Source of the DNA: Antechinus flavipes
Lineage: Eukaryota
DNA length: 64,000 nt
Reading direction: 5' to 3'
NCBI RefSeq assembly: GCF_016432865.1
Contig: NC_067399.1
Coordinates: 636,430,001 to 636,494,000, forward strand
Made by a program: the position numbers and the translations under genes. Below the pieces are notes generated by a model. That model was not told the origin of the DNA. It worked only from the letters and a program-made list of their open reading frames with translations, and did not search any database. The stretch's first letter is position 1; each line of letters begins with the position of its first letter. Positions 31,401 to 43,309 of the stretch are shown here, piece by piece.

Positions 31401-34400
31401 ACCTGGGGTGCAGAGAACATCAAAGATGAAGCTGGCCAAGATGAGGGGGAGCACGGGCCGGTAGTCACACAGGGTCCCTTCCCGAAGCTCCTCTGCCCGG
31501 CATCGCATTGTGCTCATCTCACTCACCCCCAGAGGGATCTTCTTCAGCAGAGCAGCCACTTCCGACTCCTGGTAGGCCAGCTTCACCTGGGAAGAGAGGT
31601 GGGCCGTCAGATGCCACCCTGGCCCCCCACCCTGGCAGGGGAGGGGCACGCATTAAAGGGTCTCTGTCTCAAGGACTTGGCAGAAGCTGACAAGTTACAG
31701 AGGGGAGGGAGGCGGTCTGACCTCCAAGGCCTTGGTGGAAGCCGGAGGCCGCTGCAGCTCCAGGGCAAACATGCCGATGCGGAAGGCCAAGTTGTGGTGC
31801 TCAGGCCGCTCCCCCAGCACGGTCAAGAGGAAGGCTGCCTTGGTCAAAGTGTTGGTGGCCACCCAGGTCTGGCGACTCGTGGACACCTTGTTCTTCTTTC
31901 CCTGCGGGTAGCCAGGAGGAGATGAGCACGGCAGGCTGGCCCTGTTGGCAGGAGGGGGAGGCCCGGGGGAGGGCGGCTCACCTTGGCCGGGGGCGGCTCC
32001 ACCTTGAGGTCGGGCGGATTGGCCAGCAGATCCTGAGCCAGCTCCACAGTGAGTCGTGAGGCCTCGTTGCTGTAGCCGTGGGCATGCAAGGCCTCAGCAC
32101 AGGCAAAGAGAACCTGAATGGGTGGGACACGGGAGAGAGGGGGCAGAGGCGGCCCATCAGAGGCTGGTGAGCAGAATGCCGGTCAGAGAGGCTGGGGCTC
32201 CCATTCTGACTGCCCATCATGGTCCTCGTGCACGGGCAAAACCTCTGCCCCTCTCTGTGCCCAGCTTCCTCCTCCGTAAAACGATGGAGTCAGACTGGAG
32301 GATGCTAAGGCTCCTCATGCTCCTAAATCTAGAATCTGAACATCCACAGGAAATGCCCACTCCCCTTTTCATTGTCATCATAGGGAAAGGAAATCACTCC
32401 ATAAACCTTTATGAGGCACCATTCTTAGCATCACACCAAATGACCCCTACTCTGTCATCCCACCCCACCTCCCCTCTCCTGGCCTTACCTCCATTCGGCT
32501 CTCCTGTTTCAGGGGCTTGAGCCCAGCAAAAAGGTCCTGCTCCTCGCCAGGACCCACCTCGGGCTTCTCTTCCTCACCCCCAGTCCCATCCTGGGCATTC
32601 AGGTAATACACCTGGTAAGCATCATCTTCCTCCCCAGTCCCAGGGGCCATATCTTTGGGTTTAGGGGGGCATCCACCACTCTCATCTGTGGAGGGGAGGT
32701 CATCCTGGGGAGTTCCTTCCCCTGGAAGCAGTCCCGGTAGGCTGGAGGGGGCAACTGGGGGCTCAGGCCCCTCTAAGAAATAAACGCCGCCATCTTCTTC
32801 ATAGGCATCGGGAGGTTCAGACTGGAAGGTGGGGGGGCTAAGGGGAGTACTGGGGGGAAGCGCGTGAGGTGGGCTCTCGGGAAAGCCCCCAAAGGTGCTG
32901 GCCTCTGCCCCCAGAGCCAGGCTGCTGCCGTCATCCAAGCTCATCTCAGCCAGGTCCGGCTCCAGGGAGCTGTCCTCACTGCTCAGCCGACGCTTGCCCC
33001 CGCCACTCCCTGGGCCTTTACCGCCGCACCCTCCGCCCGGAAGCTTGGCTTTGGCTCCACCTAGACCCTGCTTATGCGCAGACTTCTCTCCTCCCTCGGC
33101 TGAGGGGCGACGGGGGCCACGCTGGGACTGGGGAACCCCCTCCCCCGACCCTTTGCGCTTGGCCCCGGGCTCCTTAGGTCGAACAGAAGGCTCTGGTGGG
33201 GATGGCCGAGGCCGATCCCCAGCCTCGTCGGGGCCCCCAGAGCGGGGAGGGCCAGCCCGAGACGGAAGGCTTCGTGCCCAGCAGAGAGCCAGCTTCCTGT
33301 CAGAGCCGCTGTAAGTGACCCCAGGGAGAGGGTAGGCCTCTTCCCAGCTGAAGTCACAGGCCTCCACCGCGGGCCGGAAACCTGGAAAGAGACGCTCCAG
33401 GGCTTTCTTGTGCTGGCCCCGCTTGACATTCTCAATCACCTTCAGGTGCCACTGGCGCAGCTGGACACACAGGTCTCGGCGACTGTGGGGGCAGAGGTAA
33501 TTGGATATTGGGGGAGCTCTGCCCCTGCCCACCGCAAGGGAAAGAAATGGTGAAAGACACCAGCAAACACCCATGGCTTCCAAAATCACCAAATTCCAGC
33601 ATGGTAAGAAACCTCTCTTGGGGATGGGGAAAGCCACCAAAGTCAGATAGGGTGACCTCTAGATTCTCAAGTACAAGGCAGCGGCGTTCCCTACACCCCA
33701 GGGTGCAAACTCTTGCAAGAAGCGTATGTGCTAAAGTTAAATGAAGACTTTTGGTGGGCTCTCGTTGGGGGTACCAATAAGAGATTTGTGGCAACTCACC
33801 GTTGTGGGCTAATTGAGGGGTCCAACACAGCCAGCCTCCACAATGTGACCATCTCATCACACATACTTGCACAGGCATGAGCAGCCACCTCTGACTGCCC
33901 ATTACTGCGGCCCGTATGCCCACTGGCACTGCTGTGAGAAGCTGATGTTCGCACGCTATACCACCAGCCTGTGATCTGGGAAGGCAAGGGCAGAAAGCGG
34001 GCACTGGGTTGTTACTAGGGGCTGGCCCAACCCAAGGAAGATGTTCTACCTCCAACCTGGGATCTCTAAACGAAGGGTGGGAGGTTAGCAGGGGGATGGC
34101 TTCAGATAAACCTGGGAGACTGGCAGGATCTCATGCAGAGAGAAGTGCAAAATCAGAGAATAAAGTATACTGTTACCACCATTTTGCAATGAATGTAAGA
34201 GACTTAGGAACTCTGACTGACATAGTGACCCACCACAATTCCAAAGGACTCATGTTAAAATGTGGTATTGGATGGAGGAAGGGAGGACTCAAGAGTATAA
34301 ACTGAAGGGTCTGTTGTCCTGCTTTCTTTCTTTTTAGAACGTGACTTAACAGAGAAATTTGTTTTTTGGGTGACTATGCATACATTTATAAACAGGCTTT

Positions 34401-37400
34401 GTTTTTCTTGCCTTCTCAATAGGTAGGGGAGGAAGAGAACTTGGAATTGAAAATAAAATCACATTGGGAAAACAGTTAACTGTGGTATTAGAAAAGAATG
34501 GGAAAAAGTCGCAATCTCAGAACCCTCCACAAGGAACCACAGATCAGCCTTGGAGACATCGGGGGAAGGAGAGGGCAAGGTTACCTGCTCGTAGGTGAGA
34601 CACTGGTCCGTGAGGATCTCCAGCAGCGGAGCAGCATTGCTGTCTCTCCGCTTGAACATTTCCCGAACGATGCTCAGCAGATTCCACACACCCTCCGGTT
34701 CTCGACCTCGGAGGGGACGCAGGAGACATGCCCACTCGGCAGCTGCTGGGGGCTCAGTTGATGACAGATACATTGAGTTTACATCACTGTGGAAGGAGAA
34801 AGGGAGCTGAAGTGAAAAGAGAATGAACTGCAGAGCCAAAGAAACACAAAGTTCAGAGTTTTTTTGATGAATCCCAGGGGTCTGGGCACAAGGGCAAATG
34901 AACTTGGGCAAATCCACAGTGATCACTTTATTGATGATGACAGTGAAGACGAGAACATGAGGTTGGGGGGTGGAGAGGAGCAGAGGAGAGTTAATATGGC
35001 CCCTCTAGCGTGCCAGGGAGTGTGCTAAGTATCTGACAAATATCTCACTTGGTTCTCACAATGTCGCTATGATGTGGGAGCTATTATTTATTATCTCCAT
35101 TTTATAGGAAACAGACAGAGGATAAGTGACTTGCCTCCAATCCTATGGCTAGTAAATATCTGAGGCAGAATAAATGTGGGCCTTCCTGACTCCAGGCCCA
35201 GTGCTCTATCCACCACCAAGTGAGGGGGACTCTGCAAATGTGAGGATAGTACCAGCCTCACATCCACCAATCCATTTACCAAAGGTGGGAGCCATAGCAG
35301 GGTCTGAGTCTGGTCAACAGTCTTAACAGAGAACTCCAAGAAGCTCACCTCCTTCCACTTTACCCCCAACCCAGAAACCCACCTGTGCTTCTTATTAGCA
35401 AGAGGGTAAAGGTCACCTGAAGACAACTGGGGAGGGACCACAGAATTTGTGCAATGTCTTCTTGATGTTCTCACTGAGCGTAGACTCATCCAGGTACCAC
35501 GTACTCTGGTCAGAAGCTGAAGGACCTGCAGTGGGGTCTGGGGGCAACATGGTCATAGGTAGGACAGCCAGCTGTATTACAACAGAGCCATCTCATCTCT
35601 TGAAAACTACCCGCAGGTTCCAGTCCCCTTTGGTTCCCATTCCTGTCAATCTATAAATGTGGGAACTGGATTCTGCCTCATTCCATGAAGGGGGACTTCT
35701 TATTTCAGCCCCCTCACATCTCCTCCTTTCTGCCTTCACTCACCTGGGGCTCCACACACAGTGTTGATGGCAGTAGATTGGGAGGACAGGAGTTCATCCA
35801 GGAGGCGCTGGGCTGTGGGAAGGATCTTGGGGTGGAAGGGGCAGGGACAGAGAGAAAGGCACGGGTGAGTGGACAGAAGCACAGGCCAGATGGGAGAGAG
35901 ATCCAAGGGAGTAGGGGATTCCAAGAGTGGGGAGAAGGGTCAAGGCCACCGACCTGCTGAGGGAGCTCACTGATGAGGTACTGAGCAAACTTCTGCAGCT
36001 GATCCCTCTGGAGCCGTGACAGGGACTCTGAGACAGGAGCCCGAAGGCAGACGGCCGAAGCCTGTACGGAAGACATGAGACACACTGGAGGAAAGCAGTA
36101 AGACCTACGAGAGGCCAAAATAAAGATGGGAGAGGCCTGAGGGCTCTGGAAAGAAGCAAAGTGCTATCTATTTCCTGAAGGGACTACTAAAGATAAAATG
36201 AATAAACTAAGGCTGTGGGTGGGGAAGGGGGGAAGGGAGGGAGTAAGGGGCTCTCACGTTGTGAATCCTGAAGAGGCAAAGGGCCACTACATGGGTGCAC
36301 CATTTGGCACCAGCCCCACAGGTGCAGCTGCAGGAGGTGACCCGGCATCGGTCAAACATCACAGCCACATTGTATGCCCCCTTAGGGGGAACCATCTGAG
36401 GAGGCACCACTGTGGCACTCAGGTGAAACCCTGCCAGAACAAGGAGGGCGGGGAGCATAAGTCAGAGGGAGAGAAGCCTGGCAGCAGCTTCCTAGGCTCA
36501 CCCCCCAAAACCCCACCACTTGTCCATACCTATTTGTAGTGGATCCTTCACAGCTCTCATTCGGAACAGCTGTTCCCCACGCTGGAATTCATCTGCACTC
36601 CCATTAGCCAGGCACGAATAGAGCCTGGGAGGAGAGGGAGGACACAGGGATACACACAAAATTCAGCAAGTTTCCCCCAACAGAGCCTGCTCAGCCCCAA
36701 GGGGTCTGGTGCTCCCCACCTCCCACTCAGCCCCAAGCAAGCACCCTCTCCAGCAGGCCCCTGGTTCTGGCCCCCGGTTCTGGCCCCCAGCAGTACCGTA
36801 TGTCCTCCTCGTTCTCTGGGAAGCTCCAGAAGGCTATCCGCAGTTGTAGCTGCTCAGGCACTGGGGGGTAAACCTTCTCCACCACCTCAAAGGGGATGTG
36901 GAATGCCACCTGCTTTGCCGACAGCTCCACTAAGGGGATCACCAGGCCGTCTGCCGAGAGGGGGGAGGGGAGAGCCACCAACATTCTCACCCCATTCTGG
37001 AGCAAGGCACTAACCCCTCTCCTAACTCTTCCCCAGGGGAACTGTCTTGGATCTGCTTCCGTGGAAGAGAAAAGATTTGGGCATGTGCTGTGCAGGGGCA
37101 GAGGGATCTCAGGCTCTGCTGTCCCAAGTCCCAAAGACTTGTTCACCCAAGGGAGAAAAGGAAGAAACATCCACCCCACCCTGCTTCATTCTCCTTACAG
37201 GAGGGGATACCAAAGGTTTCCCCTAGAAATCTCTAGTCTCAGAATGTCTTATTCCAGTAATCTTCCCCACATAAAATTGCAGCCTGTGAAATTGGGGGTG
37301 GCCTGCTTCTGAGTGCTGTCACCCTGAATCTAGACTTCCTACCTTGGGGCTTACTTCTGTCCCTCTCTCCCAGAGTCCCCTCCAACAGAACAACCCAAAG

Positions 37401-40297
37401 AAAAGGCTCTGGGAGCACTCCTTTTTGAGGATCTAAGCCTCTCTTTCCCCCACACATCAGAGCTCAGAAGACAACAGGTCACACCATAGGGGAAGCCAAG
37501 GAACAACAGCTTCTGCTGTCACAGCCTCAGCTCCTGGAGTAAGGGGAGGGAAAATTTTTAGGGTCACCCCACTCCACATGGGTTCCCATTCCACACTTGC
37601 CAAAGGCAAAAGTTAGTCCATGCTACAGACTCTATTTCTAGACAAATTTCCACTAAGCTAGCAGCCCTCCCCCTCAGCCCTAGGGCTGTAACATTAACCT
37701 TTCTGTCTTCACTCAGGCCCCAGCCCCACAGGGCCCCACAGTCTGGACTTTGGTTCCCGGAGGGAGGAGGGTGGCAAGACTTCATTATAAGGGACATAAG
37801 AGGTAACAAGAGGGAGTTGATCATACAAGGGGCCCCAAAAGGGTTTTCAAAAGTCCACATGTGTACATACAGCCATGTGCTGTCTCTCCTAAGCTAAAGT
37901 TGGATCATTACTGTGTCAAGAGATGACATGAGTAGATTATTTTCTGTTCCAAAGGAGCATGCCAGAAAGCTCTACTAGGAGACTGTTTTGTTGATGTCCC
38001 ATTTTTCAAGAGAGTTATGAAGGAAACAATAGCTATCAGATCACAAAGAAAGAAATCCAGTTTGGGTAGGCACCCACAAATTAAAAAAAAAAAAAAAGAA
38101 CTGGGAGCAGGGAAAGATAAAGGGGTTATTGGATCAGAGACTGAACTGAAAAAGACCTAAGACTTCTGGTCCAATCTACTCATTATGCAAAAGAGGAAAT
38201 TGGGTCCAGTTCCATTAAGGGAATTTGCCTGAAGTCACAGAGTGACTGTAAGGTCAAAAGCAAGACCTGAAGCCAGGTTCTCTGATTCCTTCCACAGTTC
38301 CACAGCAGTGCCAGCAATCTCAAAACTCCAATCTACAACCGGGGGAAGGGATTTTAAGTGTTCACATCCATGAAGGCATAAGAGTAGGTGTTTGGTGTTA
38401 ATGAAGGATGGTGCGGGTGTGGAACAATACAACTAGGATTAGATTGATAATAGTAAAATAGTGGATTGTAATTCCATGTCAATAAAGTAATTAACAAAGC
38501 AGGTTATAGCCAAGAAAAAATTAAACAAAAACACACTTAGGAGGTAAACAGATTGAACTTTACATAAAAATGAACACAATGCTGTGAATTATTTAAATTT
38601 CTTGGAAGGCATTATGAAATTGCATATTAAGTTACAAAAATTTTACAACCTTTATGCTGGAAGGGATGTGGGAAAAGAAAGTCTATCTGGAAAAAAAATG
38701 AGAAATAAATAATACGCCTGACATGTTATTGGAGAGGAGAGGAAAAATTGATGAATATATAATAACATGTGAATGTAAGAGTATTATAGTACTACAAGAA
38801 ATAAAAAGAGGAAAACATGAAGATTGAGTAAAACAAATTCCCAACATATCCGTCTATGTTAACAAGAAAAAAAAAATTTTAGAAAGCCTCATTAAAATTA
38901 ACATCCGCTGCTTTTGTTTCTTTCAACAAACGGTTAAAAAAAAAAAAAAAAAACAGGTTGCATACAGCATCCAATTGGTTTGTTCCTACTCTCCTTTGTT
39001 ATTGTTCATGTGTTGGAATGCTTAAAGCATATCAAGAAAGTAAGCCTGATAGTTGATTTTGTAAAACGTGGCTCTCCCGGAACAAGCAGAAACCAAGCCC
39101 AGCCAAATCCCATTTCTCCCCTGTATACAAAGGGGGTCCTGGGAGCAGATTCGTGTCAGGCCCATTTCAGAATCCCTAGCTCGAGGCGAGTGGGAGACTG
39201 GGGATCTGGAGCGGACCTGGCTTAGTTACGATGGGTAAAAAGGAGTCCTTTCCCCCAACCACACCCAAATCCGTTAGAGTATAACTGGCTATTTCTGAAA
39301 GTTCCAAAAAGGCTCCTGAAAGAGGGAAACCAGCCTGGGAAGGGTCTTGGCAGCCAGAGCTCAGTTCCAGCCACCGGGTGCGTGTACCCCAGCTCCAGCA
39401 CTGAGACGACCCTCCCTACTTTGCCTCTCCCGATCCCGCAGGAGAAGTCCAGGCTGTCCTGGGCCTGCTGCCAATGGGGATCCCAGGTGGGCGCACTGAC
39501 CCCTTGCTGACCCCTTCCAGGACAGGTTCCCTTGGGTCCCTGGACAGGGAGCTCGGCATCCACACTGCACCCCTCCCCACTCCCTCACCCCTCCCTCGCC
39601 CATCACACCCCAGAGACTGCTGGGTCTCTGCCACGGTGTCCCGGGGCCAGTACCCGGGCTGACCCCTCTACAGGGCCTGTTGTCTCGCCTGCGGGATGAC
39701 CGCTGTAGCTGCCTCCCAGCCCTACTGACCACGACCCGGACAGGTCAATTCGGGTCAAGCTGTCACCCGTGAGACGGTTACCTTCGGCTCCCCCCCCAAC
39801 AAAGTTCCCTTTCCCGGGGGTTACTCCCCATATCTTGCTAGCGCCCTTCCCCCTGGCGGGGCTCGGAGCGCGTCAGAGGGTCGTCCCCGAGCCCCGGGAC
39901 CTAACGCCGGGGCCGGGGCCGGAGCCGTGACGGCTCGGCGTGCGGCGGGCCCTCCCCCGTCGGAGCCCCGCGTTCCAGCGCCGCGCACAGCCGGCTCCCG
40001 GGAGCGTGCGTGCGTGCGGACCCAGTGTCCCGGGCTCGGCCCGCCCTCCGGCCGCCCGGGCGTGCGCCTCGCCGGTCGCGTCCCTGGCTCACCTCGGCTG
40101 CGGCCCCCGCCGCCCCCGCCGCCGCCGCCGCCCGTGGGGGAGTTGGGCCCCGCCGACTGCTTGCGCCATCCCCGCCAGTTCTGGCAGAGGCTCTCGGCCT
40201 CCGAGATGAACGAGCAGAGCGAGTCCTCCTCGAAGCGGTCCGAATCCTCGAACGAGAAGCGCTCGCCGTCCTCCCACTCGGCGAACATCAGCTCCAT
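25450..40297 (-). CDS. ZSWIM8: Zinc finger SWIM domain-containing protein 8 (Cullin-RING substrate adaptor for target-directed miRNA degradation), ~1833 aa
   Basis: Minus-strand exons: 40297-40093, 36950-36797, 36624-36530, 36430-36258 (SWIM CSCTC..CTH), 36061-35954, 35825-35744, 35537-35417, 34786-34585, 33975-33800, 33482-32489, 32113-31982, 31901-31722, 31586-31403, 31277-31179, 30435-30311, 29841-29601, 29512-29354, 29101-28873, 28723-28434, 28313-28090, 27666-27187, 26942-26792, 26685-26491, 26279-26160, ~25954(in gap)-25776, 25653-25450. Phases are consistent; starts MELMFAEWEDGERFSFEDSDRF, ends ELWQRVSLDMTTFSP*. Confidence 0.97.
25850..25981. other. Assembly gap (132 N) covering the 5' part of ZSWIM8 exon 25
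   Basis: Run of N; the flanking minus-strand sequence resumes in frame at ..HAHTHLRTPAFHQLVQRCQQAYMQ. Confidence 0.99.
35005..35215 (-). mobile_element. MIR-family SINE in a ZSWIM8 intron
   Basis: ctcacaat..ctatgatgtgggagctattatt..tctccattttatagg..acagaggataagtgacttgcc...tcctgactccaggcccagtgctctatccac. Confidence 0.75.
38130..38295 (-). mobile_element. MIR3-like SINE in ZSWIM8 intron 1
   Basis: gtccaatctactcattatgcaaaagaggaaatt...gaatttgcctgaagtcacag...gacctgaagccaggttctctgattcc. Confidence 0.6.
38420..38960 (+). mobile_element. AT-rich degraded L1-like fragment
   Basis: A-rich composition; tgctggaagggatgtgggaaaa resembles the L1 ORF2 3' region; ends in an A-run. Confidence 0.35.
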
Positions 40298-41000
40298 GGG
40301 GCCCAGGCTGAAGATGGAGGAGGAGAGGCCCGGGCGGGCCTCGGGGGCGGGCCGGCTCGGGGGGGAGGTCCGGGCGCTCGGGATGGCCTCCAGGGTCAGG
40401 CCTTGGCCCTGGCCGTGCTCGGGAAGGGGCCGCGCCTCAGCGCCGGGCGCACGCACGGGGCCGGGCTCGCGGACTCGGGGACCGGGACCTGGACCCGCTG
40501 CTGCCGCCACCGGGGCCTCCCAGCAGCCGCGGCGCCGCCTCCCCCATCAGCTGATCCGCACTTCCGGCCGCGCCGGCCACTTCCACTTCCGCCTCCTTCG
40601 GGCCGCTGAGTCGCCCTTGCCCAGTGGGCCCGCAGAGGAACTAGTTCTGGCTACGAAGATTTCGTCCCACACCTTCCTAACTTCTCCTGTCCCTTCATTC
40701 CCTTCGCGCGGCACGTTACAAACGGGTTCCCCCAAACTTGGCCCAGTGACTCTGAATTCCTGAACGGGGCGGAGGCGGGGGGCGTGGAGGTAGCGTGGAG
40801 CCTCGCTATGCATGCCGGGAATCGTAGGCTTCGGACTGGCAGCTCCGGAATCCCTGGGATCTTTGTGCTCCTCAGATTCCTGTGTCGCGCGGCCTTATGG
40901 GAATCGTAGTCCGAGGACGTGGAGTTCGAAAACAATGATGGAGTAGGCTTGGCGATAAGTTTAGGTTCCGGCGAGCTTCATCCCTCTTTTCCCTTCCCCG
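39850..41000 (-). promoter_or_regulatory. CpG-island promoter of ZSWIM8 with ETS/GABP and ZNF143/THAP11-type motifs
   Basis: Minus strand GGCGGAAGTGGAAGTGGCCGGCGCGGCCGGAAGTG (40559-40593); CCTACGATTCCCGGCATGC (40810-40828) and ACTACGATTCCCA (40898-40910), both close to the ACTACAnnTCCCA consensus. Confidence 0.8.
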
Positions 41001-41739
41001 CCCTCAACGGTCTGACAGAAGAGATTCTGACAGTCAAACGTTCTGTCTGCCCCTCGGTCCCCACGCCCAAATTGTATCCCAAGTTGGCGAAGGTCATGTC
41101 CAGGCGGTCACCAGACTTGGGGTGGTAGCTGTGGCAGCTTTCTGTAAGCTCCCTCCAGACAGAGAAGCTTCGGGGATTACCCCCCCCCCCCACCAAAAGA
41201 GGCAACAGTCCGTGCTCTTAGTCTAACAGGGGAACAACTCGGAAGACTTGGCGAGGGCGGGAGGGCAGGAAGGCTTTCTGGAGCCAGGGTGGGATTCTAG
41301 CTGGACCTAAAGCAATGAGACCCTTGGCAGTAAGAGCTTAAAGGCACGAGGCCTGCTGGCCACCAACACCTCGAATGAACTTATCTTTTAAAACTCTTCC
41401 ATTTCTATTTCTCCTAGTCTCAAAACTTAGGCATCTTTTCCCCCCTCAGGTTCTGATCAGTTCTAATTACATAATTTCTGTCCTGTCGTTCCCATACCAT
41501 TGCCATTGCAGCTCTTCTACTTACCTGATGACACTTATTCTTTAATGAAGCCATCTGCCTCCATTTTTTCTCCAGTCTAATCTTTCACAGCATTATTTGT
41601 CAGAACATTTAACATATTACTAAACCTCTAGCCTCGAGATGTTCGAACTGCAACGTCTCCCATGTCCTCCAATATGACTCTGCCCTAAAGGGATTTTAGG
41701 TAACATTGATAGTTACCTTGAACAAGGAAAAGATGTTAA

Positions 41740-41968
41740 GTCCTTGTGAACATTTGATGGATGATTTAATTTTGCACATCTCAGCATCTTCTCTAATGAG
41801 GGTATACCATGCCTGTGCCAATATCTCCCATGTCATCCAATCAATTCTAAAGTTCTTAAGAAACCTAGAAAGAGTGTCCTTGTATGGCTTTTTCTGGCCA
41901 CCCTTCGAGCTTGTGAGATCTCCACAAATTATTATTTTTTTTTTTTTTGGCAAGTGTACATTTGGCAT
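41740..41968 (-). mobile_element. RTE1/BovB-clade LINE 3' remnant
   Basis: Minus ORF ..GDLTSSKGGQKKPYKDTLSRFLKNFRIDWMTWEILAQ..AWYTLIREDA matches the RTE ORF C-terminal pattern (GELxxGKRSxGGQKKRYKDTLKxSLKxFxID..WExLAQDR..WRxLI). Confidence 0.75.
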
Positions 41969-42549
41969 TCTAACACCTTAAAATGCAAGAGAGGTCACTG
42001 TCTTTAAATGGGTCAAGGTGCTTATCATTTGATGTTTTTTTTTTTGATTTGATGATGTTTTTTGAGTGTTTTTTTCACCTATTTCCCTAAGAATGACCTT
42101 AACTTTTGTCCTACTTACTTTCTAAAGAGGTATAAAGTGGGTTTTTAGACAGAAGAAACATTTCTTAATATGTAAAGTGTGTAACATGCCAACAATAATC
42201 AAACTCAATGACTTCCTGCCCTCTCCTACCTCAAGGCCAGTCCTAAAGAGGATACCTTCTTTTGTTCTTCCCTCCTCTCAAGGTCTAACTCAAGCTCTAT
42301 TCTTCCTGCAGGAAGTTTCCCAGATCTCTTAACTAAAAGTGATCTCTCCTTCCTAACCTTTTACTCCCTTCCTTTACAATTATCACATTTTTGCTTTGTT
42401 TCAATTATTGGGGTACCTTTATTATTCTTCCAATTGGAGGGCTGTTTATAGACAAAGTTTGTCATCTACCATACCCACTGCCCCCAGCACTTAGTACAAT
42501 CGGTAGAACACAGTGGCTCCTTAATGTTTGTCTAAAAAGTTATTAACTT

Positions 42550-42715
42550 TAGAGTAATCTGGTCAAGCTATGATCCCTTCCCTCAGAATAATGTTTTTAA
42601 ATGCACGAAATCAAATAAATTAGATTACAAAGGAAACAAAAGATGTTAAAATCATTATCAAAATTATATATTTTTTAAAAACAGATTCACAGACCCCAGG
42701 CTAAGAACCTCTGGT
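42550..42715 (+). mobile_element. Short DNA-transposon-like relic, same family as 13845-14030
   Basis: tctggtcaagctatgatccc..ctcagaataatgtttttaaatgca...gattacaaaggaaac...ttcacagaccccaggctaagaacctct. Confidence 0.45.
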
Positions 42716-43167
42716 ATAAAATGTCAATCTATCATTTGTCTCTGACATAGTAGAATCTGAAAGACAGAATGAGTCACCACTGATAGGCTCAGTGAACCAG
42801 TAAGAAATCCAAAATCTTTTACACCTTGACCATGTCTCCCAGTCCCCTCCCCCACACTGTACACAGTAGTGATGAAGGAATGACCATGAAAACAAAAGGC
42901 TTTAAGTAAACCTGGCCTCTCATGCTCCAATAACAAGAGGCATCCAAAGCAAATATCAACTTGAAGACTAGATGAGCTCTAAATTCCTTCCACCTCTGAG
43001 CATCGTGTGTCCTTCAATGACCTTGAGGAAATCAAACTTGAGTCCACTCCCAAGGCAGGTTAAGTATTCTCTATGAATGACCCTGGAAAAAGTGGAATGC
43101 TGGGGTTCGGGGTTGAGAAGCAAAGGATACTCCATCCACAACAAAGTCCAAGCTCTCTTGTAAAAAT

Positions 43168-43173
43168 TTTATT
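43168..43173 (-). terminator. Polyadenylation signal of CHCHD1
   Basis: TTTATT on + (AATAAA on -), about 137 nt after the stop. Confidence 0.7.
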
Positions 43174-43309
43174 TCAGGGTAAAGCAGAACTCTCACCCAA
43201 ATCACAACCCCACAGGGGTAAGACTATGTCCTCTGCCACTCAGAAGCCACTCAGTCCAAACACCAAGTTACTTCCATGAGGTCAGTCCTTCAAAAGCTAC
43301 ATAGTACCT

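Noticed and set aside
39782-39840. AAG|GTAACC donor in ZSWIM8 intron 1 suggesting a hidden exon
   Set aside because: There is no plausible pyrimidine-rich acceptor upstream.
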